Below, one piece after another: positions 1 through 9,484 of a stretch of DNA of 64,000 bases. This stretch comes from Microcystaceae cyanobacterium (lineage in GTDB: Bacteria; Cyanobacteriota; Cyanobacteriia; Cyanobacteriales; Microcystaceae). How positions within the stretch are numbered: the first letter of the stretch is position 1; each line of letters starts with the position of its first letter. The notes below the pieces were generated by a model, which was not told where the DNA came from, ran no database searches, and saw nothing but the letters and a program-made list of their open reading frames with translations. Both the position numbers and the translations under genes were made by a program. Location of the stretch: positions 32,363 through 96,362 of the forward strand of contig JBGTGT010000046.1 of the NCBI GenBank assembly GCA_041746575.1, read 5' to 3'.

Positions 1-2
1 AA

Positions 3-260
3 GAATACGCTTTTAAACAAAATATTCTCAAACCCGATTATAATCCAATGAGTTTGATGCCTTGGACGGCGAAAAAATTACTCTGGAATCCCGAACCCTT
101 AGGGTCATTTTTGGGTGAGGTTTGTCTAGAAGCATGGCAAAGCAATCCCAATGACTTTGGACGAGAAGTCCTGCGAATTCTAGAAAATCGCTTAGGTAAA
201 GCCGATTTAGAAGATTCGCTTTCGGCTCCGATTAAAAAGGATCTGGCTTATTCTATATAA
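3..260 (+). CDS. C-terminal end (5'-truncated by window edge) of Slr0320-family radical SAM protein (PSII high-light acclimation)
   Basis: Frame 3 is open from the window start: EYAFKQNILKPDYNPMSLMPWTAKKLLWNPEPLGSFLGEVCLEAWQSNPNDFGREV matches the Slr0320-family C-terminus as I recall it. Confidence 0.8.
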   Translation, partial: EYAFKQNILKPDYNPMSLMPWTAKKLLWNPEPLGSFLGEVCLEAWQSNPNDFGREVLRILENRLGKADLEDSLSAPIKKDLAYSI

Positions 261-267
261 ATAAAGA

Positions 268-329
268 AAGTTAAATCTTTGTATATTTTCGTAAAAGCTT
301 GAAGACTTTAGGGCAAAGGGTGCTAAGTT
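268..329 (+). promoter_or_regulatory. Putative promoter: three HLR1 (RpaB)-like octamers in 10-bp phase plus extended -10
   Basis: AAGTTAAA (268-275), TTTGTATA (278-285) and TTCGTAAA (288-295) resemble reverse-complemented HLR1; TGcTAAGTT at 321-329. Confidence 0.45.
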
Positions 330-335
330 AAAAGT

Positions 336-652
336 AGGCACATAAGAGACTTAAATGTGTTTCTGAAAACCCCCCAGATTTGGAGCATTGTGTCTTCGGC
401 TCTGATCTAATCTTTTTCTTGAGGCAATCGCATTATTCAATTCACAATGTATGACTTTCGTTCCTAATCGTTGGAGCTTGAGTTATAATCAACACCTGAA
501 ACGGCAAAATAATGTGGAGGCGATAACAGTCAAGAGAAAGAGTAAGTGTATAGTTGTTTAGCTGAAATTATTGTTCGTTTCTTCTTTTCAGGAGTCCCTA
601 AATTATTTACTTGATTATATAACCCACCTCCTTAGGTGGGTTGATTGTTTTT
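336..652 (+). ncRNA. Candidate ~300-nt structured sRNA (or long leader)
   Basis: Promoter upstream; 5' hairpins GGCACAT..ATGTGTT and AGATTTGGAGC..GCTCTGATCT; terminator-like hairpin at 621-642; no convincing ORF. Confidence 0.4.
621..652 (+). terminator. Intrinsic terminator-like hairpin
   Basis: AACCCACCT-CCTT-AGGTGGGTT (9-bp stem) followed by GATTGTTTTTG. Confidence 0.55.
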
Positions 653-723
653 GCGGAAACCCCAACGCATCCTCTCGATTATTCGTTAAAGTAAAAGAAT
701 CAGCGAGTTGATAGAGGTATATC

Positions 724-1353
724 ATGACAGGTTCTGCTTATGTGGAAGGCGGGTGGAATTTTACTGATTTTGCGCCCCAACCTCAAGGTGACAGTGAATT
801 ATTGCATCAATTAGGCTTTTTACCCGGTTTGAAAGCTTTATTAATGACACGACAAGTTCACGCGCTTGAACACGCAACGGTTTGGTTACTCAGTCGGGAG
901 ACTGCATCCAATCAAACAGCAGATAATTCCCCCGATAACGAGAATTTGGGCGGTCTTTCCACCGAAAATGGCTTTTATTTGTACGGTCAAGTCAAGCGAC
1001 GGAATTTGCACGAAGCGGTACGTCAGGCTCTCTTGCGCTTAAAGCAGGGAGAATGGAATTTGGCGATACATCCTCGCTGTGGGACGAATTTATCCGTCGC
1101 CCTAATTTTAACGGCGGGATTTGTCTTAGGGGTTAACACCTTGCTCCCGAAAGATCCTTTTGGACAACTCATCGGTTTAGGCATAGCGACGACGACGGCT
1201 TCTCAAATTGCCCCCGATTTAGGGCAGTCAGTGCAACGTTATATTACAACAGCAATTCCTTTTAATTTAGAGGTGGTTGAAATCAGTCCAACTCAAGATT
1301 TTTGGGGACGTTCTGCCTATTTTGTGCGGGTGCGTTGGTGTGATTTGCAATAA
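724..1353 (+). CDS. Conserved cyanobacterial membrane protein, DUF6391-like
   Basis: HALEHAT, GFYLYG and LAIHPRCGTN motifs followed by hydrophobic segments. Confidence 0.7.
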   Translation: MTGSAYVEGGWNFTDFAPQPQGDSELLHQLGFLPGLKALLMTRQVHALEHATVWLLSRETASNQTADNSPDNENLGGLSTENGFYLYGQVKRRNLHEAVRQALLRLKQGEWNLAIHPRCGTNLSVALILTAGFVLGVNTLLPKDPFGQLIGLGIATTTASQIAPDLGQSVQRYITTAIPFNLEVVEISPTQDFWGRSAYFVRVRWCDLQ

Positions 1354-1490
1354 AACTTAAAATTTCTAGCGATACTGAAGACCCATCCAATAGTACGCTA
1401 ATTAAGCAAGAAAGCCTTATGGTGTCTCTGTCTTTTTAGCAGGGGAACATAGTGGTTCTTTTCAAGATAGATTTATTAAGGAAAACAGCA

Positions 1491-1721
1491 ATGGATCTAA
1501 AACGAGGCGATCAAGTCAAAATCAAGCGTCAAGAATCCTATTGGTTTAATGAAGTCGGTACTATTGCCAGTGTCGACACCAGTGGCATTCTCTATCCCGT
1601 TATCGTCCGCTTTGACACCGTTAACTACAATGGTTTTAGCGGCAATACCTCTGGCGTTAACTCCAATAACTTCAAAACGTCAGAATTGCAATTAATGAAA
1701 GCTGCTCCTGCTAAAAAGTAG
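1491..1721 (+). CDS. psaE: Photosystem I subunit IV
   Basis: [44 protein letters not shown] at 1491 after AAGGAAAA. Confidence 0.97.
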   Translation: MDLKRGDQVKIKRQESYWFNEVGTIASVDTSGILYPVIVRFDTVNYNGFSGNTSGVNSNNFKTSELQLMKAAPAKK

Positions 1722-1758
1722 TTCAAGGACAGAATTAAAACAAAAAGTCGTCTTTTTC

Positions 1759-1788
1759 GGGGAAAGTAAGCACTACTTCCCCTTTTTT
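1759..1788 (+). terminator. Terminator after psaE
   Basis: GGGGAAAGTA..TACTTCCCC followed by TTTTTT. Confidence 0.6.
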
Positions 1789-1803
1789 ATCAGAGAAATG
1801 ATT

Positions 1804-2661
1804 ATGCCCGAATTACCTGAAGTCGAAACGGTTTGCCGAGGATTGAATGCAGTGACGATTGGCCGTGTCATAGAAGGAGGTGAGGTCTTATTACAACGTA
1901 GTTTGGGTTATCCTGAGTCTGTTGTTGAATTATGGCAAAATATTACGGGTTTACGCTTTTTGCAGTGGCAAAGACGGGGCAAATATTTATTAGCCGAGTT
2001 GACAGACGAAACAGGAGCGAAAAAGGGAGGGTTAGGGGTGCATCTGAGGATGACAGGTCAATTATTATGGGTTAAACCAGAGATTTCTTTGCAAAAACAC
2101 GCTCGCATTCGCTTTTTTGTTGACGGTCACCGGGAATTACGCTTCGTAGATATTCGTACTTTTGGTCGAGTTTGGTGGATACCATCGGGGAAGTCTCCTG
2201 AAAATATCATAACTGGCCTCCAGAAATTGGGGGTAGAACCCTTTTCCTCGGAATTTTCGACGGATTATCTATACAAGGCGTTTAAACGCCGTCAACGCGC
2301 CCTGAAAACGGTGTTACTCGACCAAGATATTGTGGCAGGATTGGGGAATATTTATGCGGATGAGTCGCTGTTTAGGAGTCAGATTACCCCCATCGCGATC
2401 GCATCTGAGTTAAGTTTAGTTCAATTAGAGCGACTGAGAACAGCAATTCTTGAGGTTTTAACAAAAGCAATTGAACAAGGTGGGACGACTTTTAGTGATT
2501 TTCGAGGAATAACGGGAATTAATGGCAATTATAGCGGCGTTGCTTGGGTTTATCGCCGTACAGGGCAACCCTGCCGAGTTTGTCATACTCCGATTGAGAG
2601 AATTAAATTGGGAGGACGTTCGACCCATTTTTGTCCGCAATGTCAAGGTCATCTAGTATGA
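1804..2661 (+). CDS. mutM: Formamidopyrimidine-DNA glycosylase
   Basis: N-terminal MPELPEVE, HLRMTG, GLGNIYADE and C-terminal Zn finger CRVC..CPQCQ. Confidence 0.97.
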   Translation: MPELPEVETVCRGLNAVTIGRVIEGGEVLLQRSLGYPESVVELWQNITGLRFLQWQRRGKYLLAELTDETGAKKGGLGVHLRMTGQLLWVKPEISLQKHARIRFFVDGHRELRFVDIRTFGRVWWIPSGKSPENIITGLQKLGVEPFSSEFSTDYLYKAFKRRQRALKTVLLDQDIVAGLGNIYADESLFRSQITPIAIASELSLVQLERLRTAILEVLTKAIEQGGTTFSDFRGITGINGNYSGVAWVYRRTGQPCRVCHTPIERIKLGGRSTHFCPQCQGHLV

Positions 2662-2670
2662 ATAATACAG

Positions 2671-3870
2671 TTAAGATTCATAATATTTTTCTAGACAACG
2701 AATAAACATTTCAACTCCCATTGGAAGAACATCCTCGTCAAAATTAAAACAAGGATGATGGTGAGGATAATTTAACTGTTTTTCTGGATTAGATGACCCT
2801 AAAAAGAAATAACAACCGGGAACTTCTTGTAAGAAGAAAGACATATCTTCCCCGCCCATGGTTTGACACTCTGGAGCAATTCCTAAGGGGGTTTCTATCA
2901 CTTCTAAAGCGACAGCGTGAACCAATTCAGCCATTTTTTCATTATTAATTAAAGCAGGATATAACTGCCAATAATTAAAATCATAAGTTGCACCATACCC
3001 TTGGCAAATTCCTGCAATCATTTGTTCCATTCGTTGCTCAAAAAAGCCTGTAAATTGCGGATTAAAATAGCGGACAGTTCCCCGTAAAATGGCCGTATCT
3101 GCAATTACATTTAAGGCAGTACCTGCTTTGAATTCACCGATGGTAACAACGGCCGATTCAAGAGGATTAATATTACGAGAAACAATGCTTTGTAATGCGT
3201 TAACAATCTGCGCTCCGACAACGACAGAATCAACCGTATGCTGAGGAATTGCTCCATGACCTCCTTTTCCTTGAATTTTAAGCTCAAAGCACTCTACTGC
3301 CGCCATTAATGCTCCTTTTCTGACACCTATCGTTCCCTTTGGTAAATAATTCCAGAGATGAAGTCCAAAGATAGCATCAACTTTGGGATTTTGCAGTATT
3401 CCTGCCTCAATCATTGGTTTTGCACCGCCCGGACTTTCTTCGGCGGGCTGAAAGATGATTTTAACAGTTCCTTTAAATTTATCGGGATATTTCCTTAAAT
3501 ATTGGGCAACTCCTAAAGCGATCGCTGTATGACCATCATGTCCACAAGCGTGCATCTTACCGTCATGCTGAGAGCGATAGGGAATGTCATTTGCTTCTTG
3601 GATGGGTAAAGCATCAATATCTGCTCGAATCCCTACAACAGAGCCAGAATAAGAGCTTTCTACGGTAGCGACAATCCCCGTTTTGGCAATTTCCGTTTGA
3701 TGGGAAACCCCCATTTGCTGTAATTGTTGACTAATATATTGGGCAGTTAAAATTTCTTGAAATCCTAATTCTGGATATTGATGTAAATGTCTGCGCCATG
3801 ATATTAATTGAGATTGTAAAGCGCGGATTTCTAGGCGAATTTGGGGTGAATTAAGCGAGGGAAGAGACAT
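2671..3870 (-). CDS. M20 family amidohydrolase (N-acyl-L-amino acid amidohydrolase-like)
   Basis: RRHLHQYPELGFQE, RADIDALP, MHACGHDGH, FQPAEE, GGEDM. Confidence 0.92.
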   Translation of the reverse strand: MSLPSLNSPQIRLEIRALQSQLISWRRHLHQYPELGFQEILTAQYISQQLQQMGVSHQTEIAKTGIVATVESSYSGSVVGIRADIDALPIQEANDIPYRSQHDGKMHACGHDGHTAIALGVAQYLRKYPDKFKGTVKIIFQPAEESPGGAKPMIEAGILQNPKVDAIFGLHLWNYLPKGTIGVRKGALMAAVECFELKIQGKGGHGAIPQHTVDSVVVGAQIVNALQSIVSRNINPLESAVVTIGEFKAGTALNVIADTAILRGTVRYFNPQFTGFFEQRMEQMIAGICQGYGATYDFNYWQLYPALINNEKMAELVHAVALEVIETPLGIAPECQTMGGEDMSFFLQEVPGCYFFLGSSNPEKQLNYPHHHPCFNFDEDVLPMGVEMFIRCLEKYYES

Positions 3871-4145
3871 ATTCAATAACCCGTTATCAGTTAATAATAA
3901 TTAGTGACTTTTAAACAGGGATCAGTTATTTAATTATTTATTGGGAGATTCTTGATTTCTTTTTTTGTTTTTATCTCGAATATAGCGTTTCTTTTTCGTC
4001 GTGAGGTTTACCTCATCTCAAATGCCTTCAAAGTCGGTTATTAGAGCTTCACTCCATCTCGCACACGTCTAGCACCTTCGCCAGAGTGGCCAAAAGGAAG
4101 ATTATATAGTTGGATTCTTGTTAGTTTACTTGATACATACAAAAA

Positions 4146-4219
4146 TCGGGATGACTGGATTCGAACCAGCGGCCCCTTCGTCCCGAACGAAGTGCGCTAC
4201 CAAGCTGCGCTACATCCCG
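4146..4219 (-). tRNA. trnP: tRNA-Pro (anticodon CGG)
   Basis: Reverse complement CGGGATGTAGCGCAGCTTGGTAGCGCACTTCGTTCGGGACGAAGGGGCCGCTGGTTCGAATCCAGTCATCCCGA folds as a cloverleaf; anticodon loop TT-CGG-GA; no encoded CCA. Confidence 0.97.
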
Positions 4220-4333
4220 TGCAATTTTGTCGAGTTGCCGAACACCACGATAATTGTCATCGTACCACTTCACTGTCATTTTATCGAAGTGACTAGGTTA
4301 GACTTTAACTCATAGAGATACACGGGTGATCGG

Positions 4334-4390
4334 GAAACTCAGTGTCTTTAGACCTGAGAGGAAAGCGACACGAGCGGTTTTAACCGCCGT
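4334..4390. mobile_element. Orphan IS200/IS605-family end relic (no transposase)
   Basis: Two hairpins CTCAG-TGTCTTTAGAC-CTGAG and GCGGTTTTAACCGC resemble cyanobacterial IS605 subterminal palindromes (from memory). Confidence 0.45.
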
Positions 4391-4641
4391 AGTATTTATA
4401 TTATACATACTGAAACTAACTCCCGTTTTTCCCCTACTCTTCGGTAGGCGGCATCAGATGGAAGTATAGCATATTGGTTTATAATCTGCTTATTTCACGG
4501 CTAAAACTGCGATCGCCGGAAGCCACTGGGTGCTTTCCCAAGCTAGCAAGAAAGGGATAGATAGCATTGATCGCTTTATGCCAATCTCATCTAGAGAAAT
4601 GGTTTTCGAGATTTCTACTTCATACATTTAAGTTTTTTAGA

Positions 4642-5061
4642 TTATTTTGAGCGCATAATACTCGGTTGATTGTTCTCAATATCACTTAGAGCGATGTTAA
4701 GGGCATTAATAGAAATAGAAACTTCGTAAAGAGACAGTAATAGAGACAAACACATACTGCCGAGACTGATTCCAAAAGTAATTGCCCCTCCCGCTCTTTT
4801 TTCTAAAAAAAGAAATAACATAGAAAAAGTACAGAGCAGAAAACTCAAAACCCCAAAAATTTGCATCCACTTAATTAATTTCACTCTTTTTCTCAGATTA
4901 AAAATTTGCCTTCGAGTAATATCGGAATGGGTCTGAGAATGCTGTTGATGCAGTTCTCGAATGAGTTGAGCAATCACCAGAAAACGATTGGTATAAGCGA
5001 GTAATAACAAGGAAATGGCGGGAAAAAGTAGAGCCGGAGTGGTCAATGATAAGTCATTCAT
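4642..5061 (-). CDS. DUF2721 family membrane protein
   Basis: LTTPALLFPAISLLLLAYTNRF..IRELH signature; three hydrophobic segments. Confidence 0.85.
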   Translation of the reverse strand: MNDLSLTTPALLFPAISLLLLAYTNRFLVIAQLIRELHQQHSQTHSDITRRQIFNLRKRVKLIKWMQIFGVLSFLLCTFSMLFLFLEKRAGGAITFGISLGSMCLSLLLSLYEVSISINALNIALSDIENNQPSIMRSK

Positions 5062-5178
5062 TTTTAATTGACAGCAACTTACAAAAAACGACAGTACATC
5101 TTAAATTTATGCCCTTTTTACTTTATAAATACCTTTTCTGGAAGTGGGTGCGAAAGTGGTCATCAATTAAACGTGATT

Positions 5179-5504
5179 TTAAGTAGTAATAAATGTCCGA
5201 ATCGTCTCAACCATGCGCTGACTATTGTTATCAGAAGTAATCAGTTCAATTTGTTCGGTTCGGCCTACCCTACCCCTAAACCCAATTCGACAGCGCGTTG
5301 AATCTGTTCAAGTTGCCAAACCGATCCTTGAGCGACATCGGGAGTCGTTCCTAAAGAGCGTAGTAAGCCGATCGCCACCACATCTATAGCCACGTGGTCA
5401 GTTCCCGCTAAAATCACGTTAGAACGCACCTTTTTACCAGAGGCAGGTCCACCCTTCACAAAAGCTTCCACTCCGTCAAGAAGGATCAAGGCAGGTTGAT
5501 GATT
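5179..5504 (-). pseudogene. DUF362-like protein, C-terminal remnant (5'-truncated, frameshifted)
   Basis: QPALILLDGVEAFVKGGP..ILAGTDHVAIDVV..QIQRAVELGLG is preceded by in-frame stops; removing a GGGTA duplication near 5266-5275 restores ..GVGRTEQIELITSD..FITT*. Confidence 0.7.
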
Positions 5505-5684
5505 TCATTACAACTCAACCCCTTTCCCGTCGAGCAGGAAGTGCATCAAGAAGCCGTCGTAGCACAATGGGGTTTTAAACCCAGTTTTTTGATAAAAGAA
5601 AATTGCGGACAACCGAAATCAGAATTATGCCAAATTCCTTTATACTGCTAGATGTGCGATCGCTGTTAACGGGAGTAAAGACTG

Positions 5685-6185
5685 ATGAACGCTATATATA
5701 TCCCCCGATTACTAAACGCCCCCCAAAAGACTGAAGAAATCCTTCTCAAAGAATTTATCGCTGGTTTAGACACCTTAACCCCCGTTCGTGGATTATTAAC
5801 CCTCACCCACGGTGGAACTTATCTCGACGTTTCTTTAACGGTCGAAACCATTCTTACCTTAACCTGCGATCGCTGTTTACAACAATACAATCATCGCTTA
5901 AAAGTCAACACCAGCGAATTATTATGGTTAGATGCAAAAGCGAATCAATTAGACTTCTTACCCCTAGACAAAGATTTGAGTCAAACCGATCTTGCGGAAA
6001 CCTTGAATCCTGACGGATATTTTGAAGTGAATACATGGATTTACGAACAGTTATCCTTAGCTTTGCCCTTTCGTCAACTCTGTGGCAAAAATTGCCAAAT
6101 TCCAAATAATCCTATCTCTTTATCCCCTTTACAGGATAGCCGATGGTCAGCCCTCGCCGCCTTTAAAGATCAACTGGAAACCTGA
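5685..6185 (+). CDS. YceD/DUF177 family protein
   Basis: TLTPVRG, LTCDRCLQ, YEQLSLALP..CGKNC, DSRWSAL. Confidence 0.9.
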   Translation: MNAIYIPRLLNAPQKTEEILLKEFIAGLDTLTPVRGLLTLTHGGTYLDVSLTVETILTLTCDRCLQQYNHRLKVNTSELLWLDAKANQLDFLPLDKDLSQTDLAETLNPDGYFEVNTWIYEQLSLALPFRQLCGKNCQIPNNPISLSPLQDSRWSALAAFKDQLET

Positions 6186-6192
6186 AAAAAAT

Positions 6193-6210
6193 GAAGTAAA
6201 TAATTGTAAA
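6193..6210. promoter_or_regulatory. HLR1-like RpaB site upstream of psaM
   Basis: Minus-strand TTTACAAT-TA-TTTACTTC direct repeat ~80 bp upstream of psaM; PSI promoters commonly carry HLR1. Confidence 0.45.
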
Positions 6211-6286
6211 AAAATATGTCAGAAAGTGTCCAGAATGACGCAAAGTAAGGGTTAAATCTAATCGTTAATATGGAGTTTAAACCCCG

Positions 6287-6376
6287 ATGACTGATACTCA
6301 AGTTCTAGTTGCCCTTGTAATCGCACTTTTACCCGGCATTTTCGCTTTTCGTCTAGCGACGGAACTTTATAAGTAG
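6287..6376 (+). CDS. psaM: Photosystem I reaction centre subunit XII (29 aa; absent from ORF track)
   Basis: MTDTQVLVALVIALLPGIFAFRLATELYK*; GGAG upstream. Confidence 0.96.
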   Translation: MTDTQVLVALVIALLPGIFAFRLATELYK

Positions 6377-6635
6377 ATATCTCGTTTAATAGCACAGGTA
6401 ATGCTCATTCCTTTTTGAAAGTCCTCTCTTCTCTAGAACTTACCCCAGATGATGACAGAGGGATGGGTCATTACTGCGGAGATGCAATCATCGCAGGCTC
6501 CGGCAATTCATCGCCGGAGTACCGATGACCCTTCTCATACCAAAAGGGGTAATCATCGGGCGTGATCTTTGGCCTTTGATCTTCTAGAATGATCGTTTTA
6601 ACGTTTCCCTTTGGTTTTTGCGAGATAATCTTCCC

Positions 6636-7064
6636 ATGACAGTTTCTCAACGCTTGGTCTCTCCCTCACCTGCGAAAAAACGCAAGCCCCGTCGTAATCC
6701 CGTCAGAAAACCAGATGAAAGCTGGATTGTCCTAGAAATTTCCCTAAAATTGGTCTTTAATAGTGTTTTATCTGTGGTAGCGATCACCACCCTAATTAAG
6801 CTACTGCCTTATCAAGCAACACAACAGCAAAAAATCAAAGAAGTACAGGTAGAAGTCCAGAATACCGAAAATCGCGTCAACGAATTAAGAGATCATCTGA
6901 ATCGTAACTTTGACCCCTTAGAAAGTCGTCGAATTATGCAAGAACAAAGTTCTATGATCGATCCTGACCAACGACGCATTGTTTTTTTACCGACTGAACC
7001 GAGTAATCTGATCACCCAAAAAAAGTCCTCTTCTAACCCTCGTCTAGCCGCGAAGGTAGAATAA
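6636..7064 (+). CDS. Slr1601-family putative cell-division protein (basic N-terminus, one TM, coiled coil)
   Basis: KLVFN..LLPYQ..Q..L...N..FDP..IMQEQS..DP..RIV; follows psaM. Confidence 0.7.
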   Translation: MTVSQRLVSPSPAKKRKPRRNPVRKPDESWIVLEISLKLVFNSVLSVVAITTLIKLLPYQATQQQKIKEVQVEVQNTENRVNELRDHLNRNFDPLESRRIMQEQSSMIDPDQRRIVFLPTEPSNLITQKKSSSNPRLAAKVE

Positions 7065-7143
7065 GTGCTACGACAGATCAGTATTAATTATCGTCTCTAA
7101 TCGGTTAAATTTTGCCAAGAAAAAGCGACAGAGGAGATTAACG

Positions 7144-7869
7144 CTAATTTTGTGTATTTTCCCTCGTAAGATTGCCTATTTCTGGAAAATTTAATAATTG
7201 GTCTAGATGATACTGAATTTGATCTCGATAATCTGAGGAAGGAAGTTCTCGTAATACCCGGCGATAATCAGCGATCGCAGCATTCCAATCCCCATTGAGG
7301 TAATGAGTATAACCTCGTTCACCATAAATCCGTAAGTGATGGGGATCTCTAAGGGAGAATGCCGTATCAAATTGAGCAATTGCCGCCGGATAATCTCCTA
7401 ATTCTCTGTAGGTAATGCCCAAATTAATCAAAGCACGTCCATTCCAAGGATTCAAATCTAACGCTATCTGATAATCCCGTAACGCCGCAAATAACTTACC
7501 TTGTCGGACATAACAATTGCCTCGGTTATTATAAGCTCGGTCTAAGATCGGATCGAGGGCGATCGCTAAATTATAATCATGAATCGCTTTCATCAGTTGC
7601 TGATCGTAAAAATACATCAATCCCCGATTATTATAATGAACTGCAATGTCGGGGTGATGGTGAATGAGTTGGGTGAGTAAGGCGATCGCTTCGGCATAAT
7701 CACCACTTTCTGCGCATTTTTTGACCAAACTCTGTAAATTCTGCTCGATTTTGCGCTGACGTTCCACTGTCGCCAAGCAGTGCGTCCAAATCTGATAATT
7801 GCTGTCAGATAAGGGAATAGAATCGGCTTTTATCGGTTGAATCGCTGAGGCGAGGCGGGGAAAGTTCAT
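7144..7869 (-). CDS. Tetratricopeptide repeat protein
   Basis: Repeated YNNRG..AI.DY..A..LDP TPR motifs. Confidence 0.9.
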   Translation of the reverse strand: MNFPRLASAIQPIKADSIPLSDSNYQIWTHCLATVERQRKIEQNLQSLVKKCAESGDYAEAIALLTQLIHHHPDIAVHYNNRGLMYFYDQQLMKAIHDYNLAIALDPILDRAYNNRGNCYVRQGKLFAALRDYQIALDLNPWNGRALINLGITYRELGDYPAAIAQFDTAFSLRDPHHLRIYGERGYTHYLNGDWNAAIADYRRVLRELPSSDYRDQIQYHLDQLLNFPEIGNLTRENTQN

Positions 7870-7997
7870 GGCTCACAAGGGGACTCATATTCTTACTTTA
7901 GCGGAAATGGGGTCTTGATGGTCAAAGGTATCGTACAGATACTTCGACTAAAATAAGTTAAGTTAATTCTCATGATTAATCGGGCTGTAACGAACGG

Positions 7998-8705
7998 ATG
8001 ACACACTATTTTCCTAAAAAAGCGGTGGTACTTTTGTCAGGGGGGTTAGATTCGGCAACCACTGCCGCCATCGCGATCGCCGATGGGTATCAAATCATTG
8101 CCTTGTCTTTTCGCTATGGCCAACGCCACCAACGAGAATTACAGGCCGCTACTGACATTGCCTCTGAGCTTGGCATACGAGAACACTATATTATGGATGT
8201 CAATTTAGCCCAGTGGGGAGGGTCATCTTTGACCGATAGACAACAAAATTTACCTCAATCAGGTATTAATTCGCATATTATTCCTTCTACTTACGTTCCT
8301 GGCAGAAATACGGTGTTTATTGCCCTTGGACTCTCTCTGGCAGAAGCAAAAGGAGCAGAAGCAATTTATTTAGGGATTAATGCGGTAGATTATTCCGGTT
8401 ACCCCGACTGTCGTCCTGAATATTTAGAGGCTTTTCAAGAATTGGCGAATTTGTCGTCAAAAGTGGGCATAGAAGGCAAAGCTCCCCGATTAATTGCTCC
8501 TCTAGTCAAGGATAGTAAAGTGGATATTGTCAAACGAGCGCTCTCGCTGAGGGTTCCCCTTGAAAAAACATGGTCTTGTTATCAAGGAAAAGATCATCCT
8601 TGTGGATTATGCGATTCTTGTCGGATTCGCGATCAAGCATTGATCAAAGTGGGTTATCCAGAACTAGCCAGTGAAATAGGACGAAAAATTGCTTTTGAAA
8701 TTTAG
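7998..8705 (+). CDS. queC: 7-cyano-7-deazaguanine synthase
   Basis: [41 protein letters not shown]. Confidence 0.97.
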   Translation: MTHYFPKKAVVLLSGGLDSATTAAIAIADGYQIIALSFRYGQRHQRELQAATDIASELGIREHYIMDVNLAQWGGSSLTDRQQNLPQSGINSHIIPSTYVPGRNTVFIALGLSLAEAKGAEAIYLGINAVDYSGYPDCRPEYLEAFQELANLSSKVGIEGKAPRLIAPLVKDSKVDIVKRALSLRVPLEKTWSCYQGKDHPCGLCDSCRIRDQALIKVGYPELASEIGRKIAFEI

Positions 8706-9018
8706 AATGATTCTTTTGCTCATTATTTGCTGTTTATTCGCCATTGACAGCCCATTGCAAAGAGAAAGAAGTTTTTCACAGGGAGGAACGAAATATCTCT
8801 AGCGTATGAGTGCCTGTCCTCAGAAGTCGCTTATGATGAACGAGTTCAGCATAAAACTTGCCTGCTCCCTCAAATCCTTGTACTGTATCAAGTTGCCATA
8901 CTACAATTCAGTCAAGTATAATGTTAAATTAAGTTTTCTAAAAAATGTTATATTTTTGTTAAAGTCATTCTGTAAAATCCTGAGTTTGCGTAAGTCAATA
9001 CAATCTACCATTAGGAAG

Positions 9019-9429
9019 ATGCCAAATAAACGGAAAAAACCTCAAAAATTTTACTGTCCTTGTTGTCAGCGTCGCTTGTGGCGTGTCGGCAGCCCTAAGC
9101 ATTATCTCTTTTATCAGGGAAAACAAGAAATTCAGCAAGGATTCAAGTTGACTGCTCAAAAAGCTGGCTTCCTAGCCGCTCAAAATGATGTTTGGGTTGA
9201 TCGACAAGTTTGGCTCGAGGAGTTTTTTTGCGAAGAACACGGCAAAATGTGGATGCGCTTGTTTCGCTCAGAAGAAGGATTGCTTTGGGCCAAACCGGCT
9301 AAACGAACAGATTGGCAAAGAACAACTCGTACCCTCGATCCTGACCGTCCCCAATGTGGAGTTAGTGAATTTACTTATCGGACGAGTCGCCGTAGCGCGC
9401 CGGCTCTGACCCAACGCTTTTACGAATAA
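9019..9429 (+). CDS. Conserved cyanobacterial hypothetical protein, putative Zn-binding
   Basis: YCPCC..WLEEFFCEEHG..VSEFT; ATG at 9019 after AGGAAG; the longer ORF-track extension looks non-coding. Confidence 0.75.
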   Translation: MPNKRKKPQKFYCPCCQRRLWRVGSPKHYLFYQGKQEIQQGFKLTAQKAGFLAAQNDVWVDRQVWLEEFFCEEHGKMWMRLFRSEEGLLWAKPAKRTDWQRTTRTLDPDRPQCGVSEFTYRTSRRSAPALTQRFYE

Positions 9430-9484
9430 CGGAGTAAAGAAGGTGATTTTTGGCAAAAAATAAACACGAAGTCAGACTTTTTTG

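Noticed and set aside
451..561. 36-codon ORF inside the candidate sRNA
   Set aside because: No RBS and no recognisable motif; cannot be supported without conservation data
4118..4315. 65-aa ORF
   Set aside because: Antisense shadow of tRNA-Pro
7870..7997. preQ1 riboswitch or NtcA site upstream of queC
   Set aside because: No preQ1 consensus visible; the GTA..TAC spacing is 9 nt rather than 8
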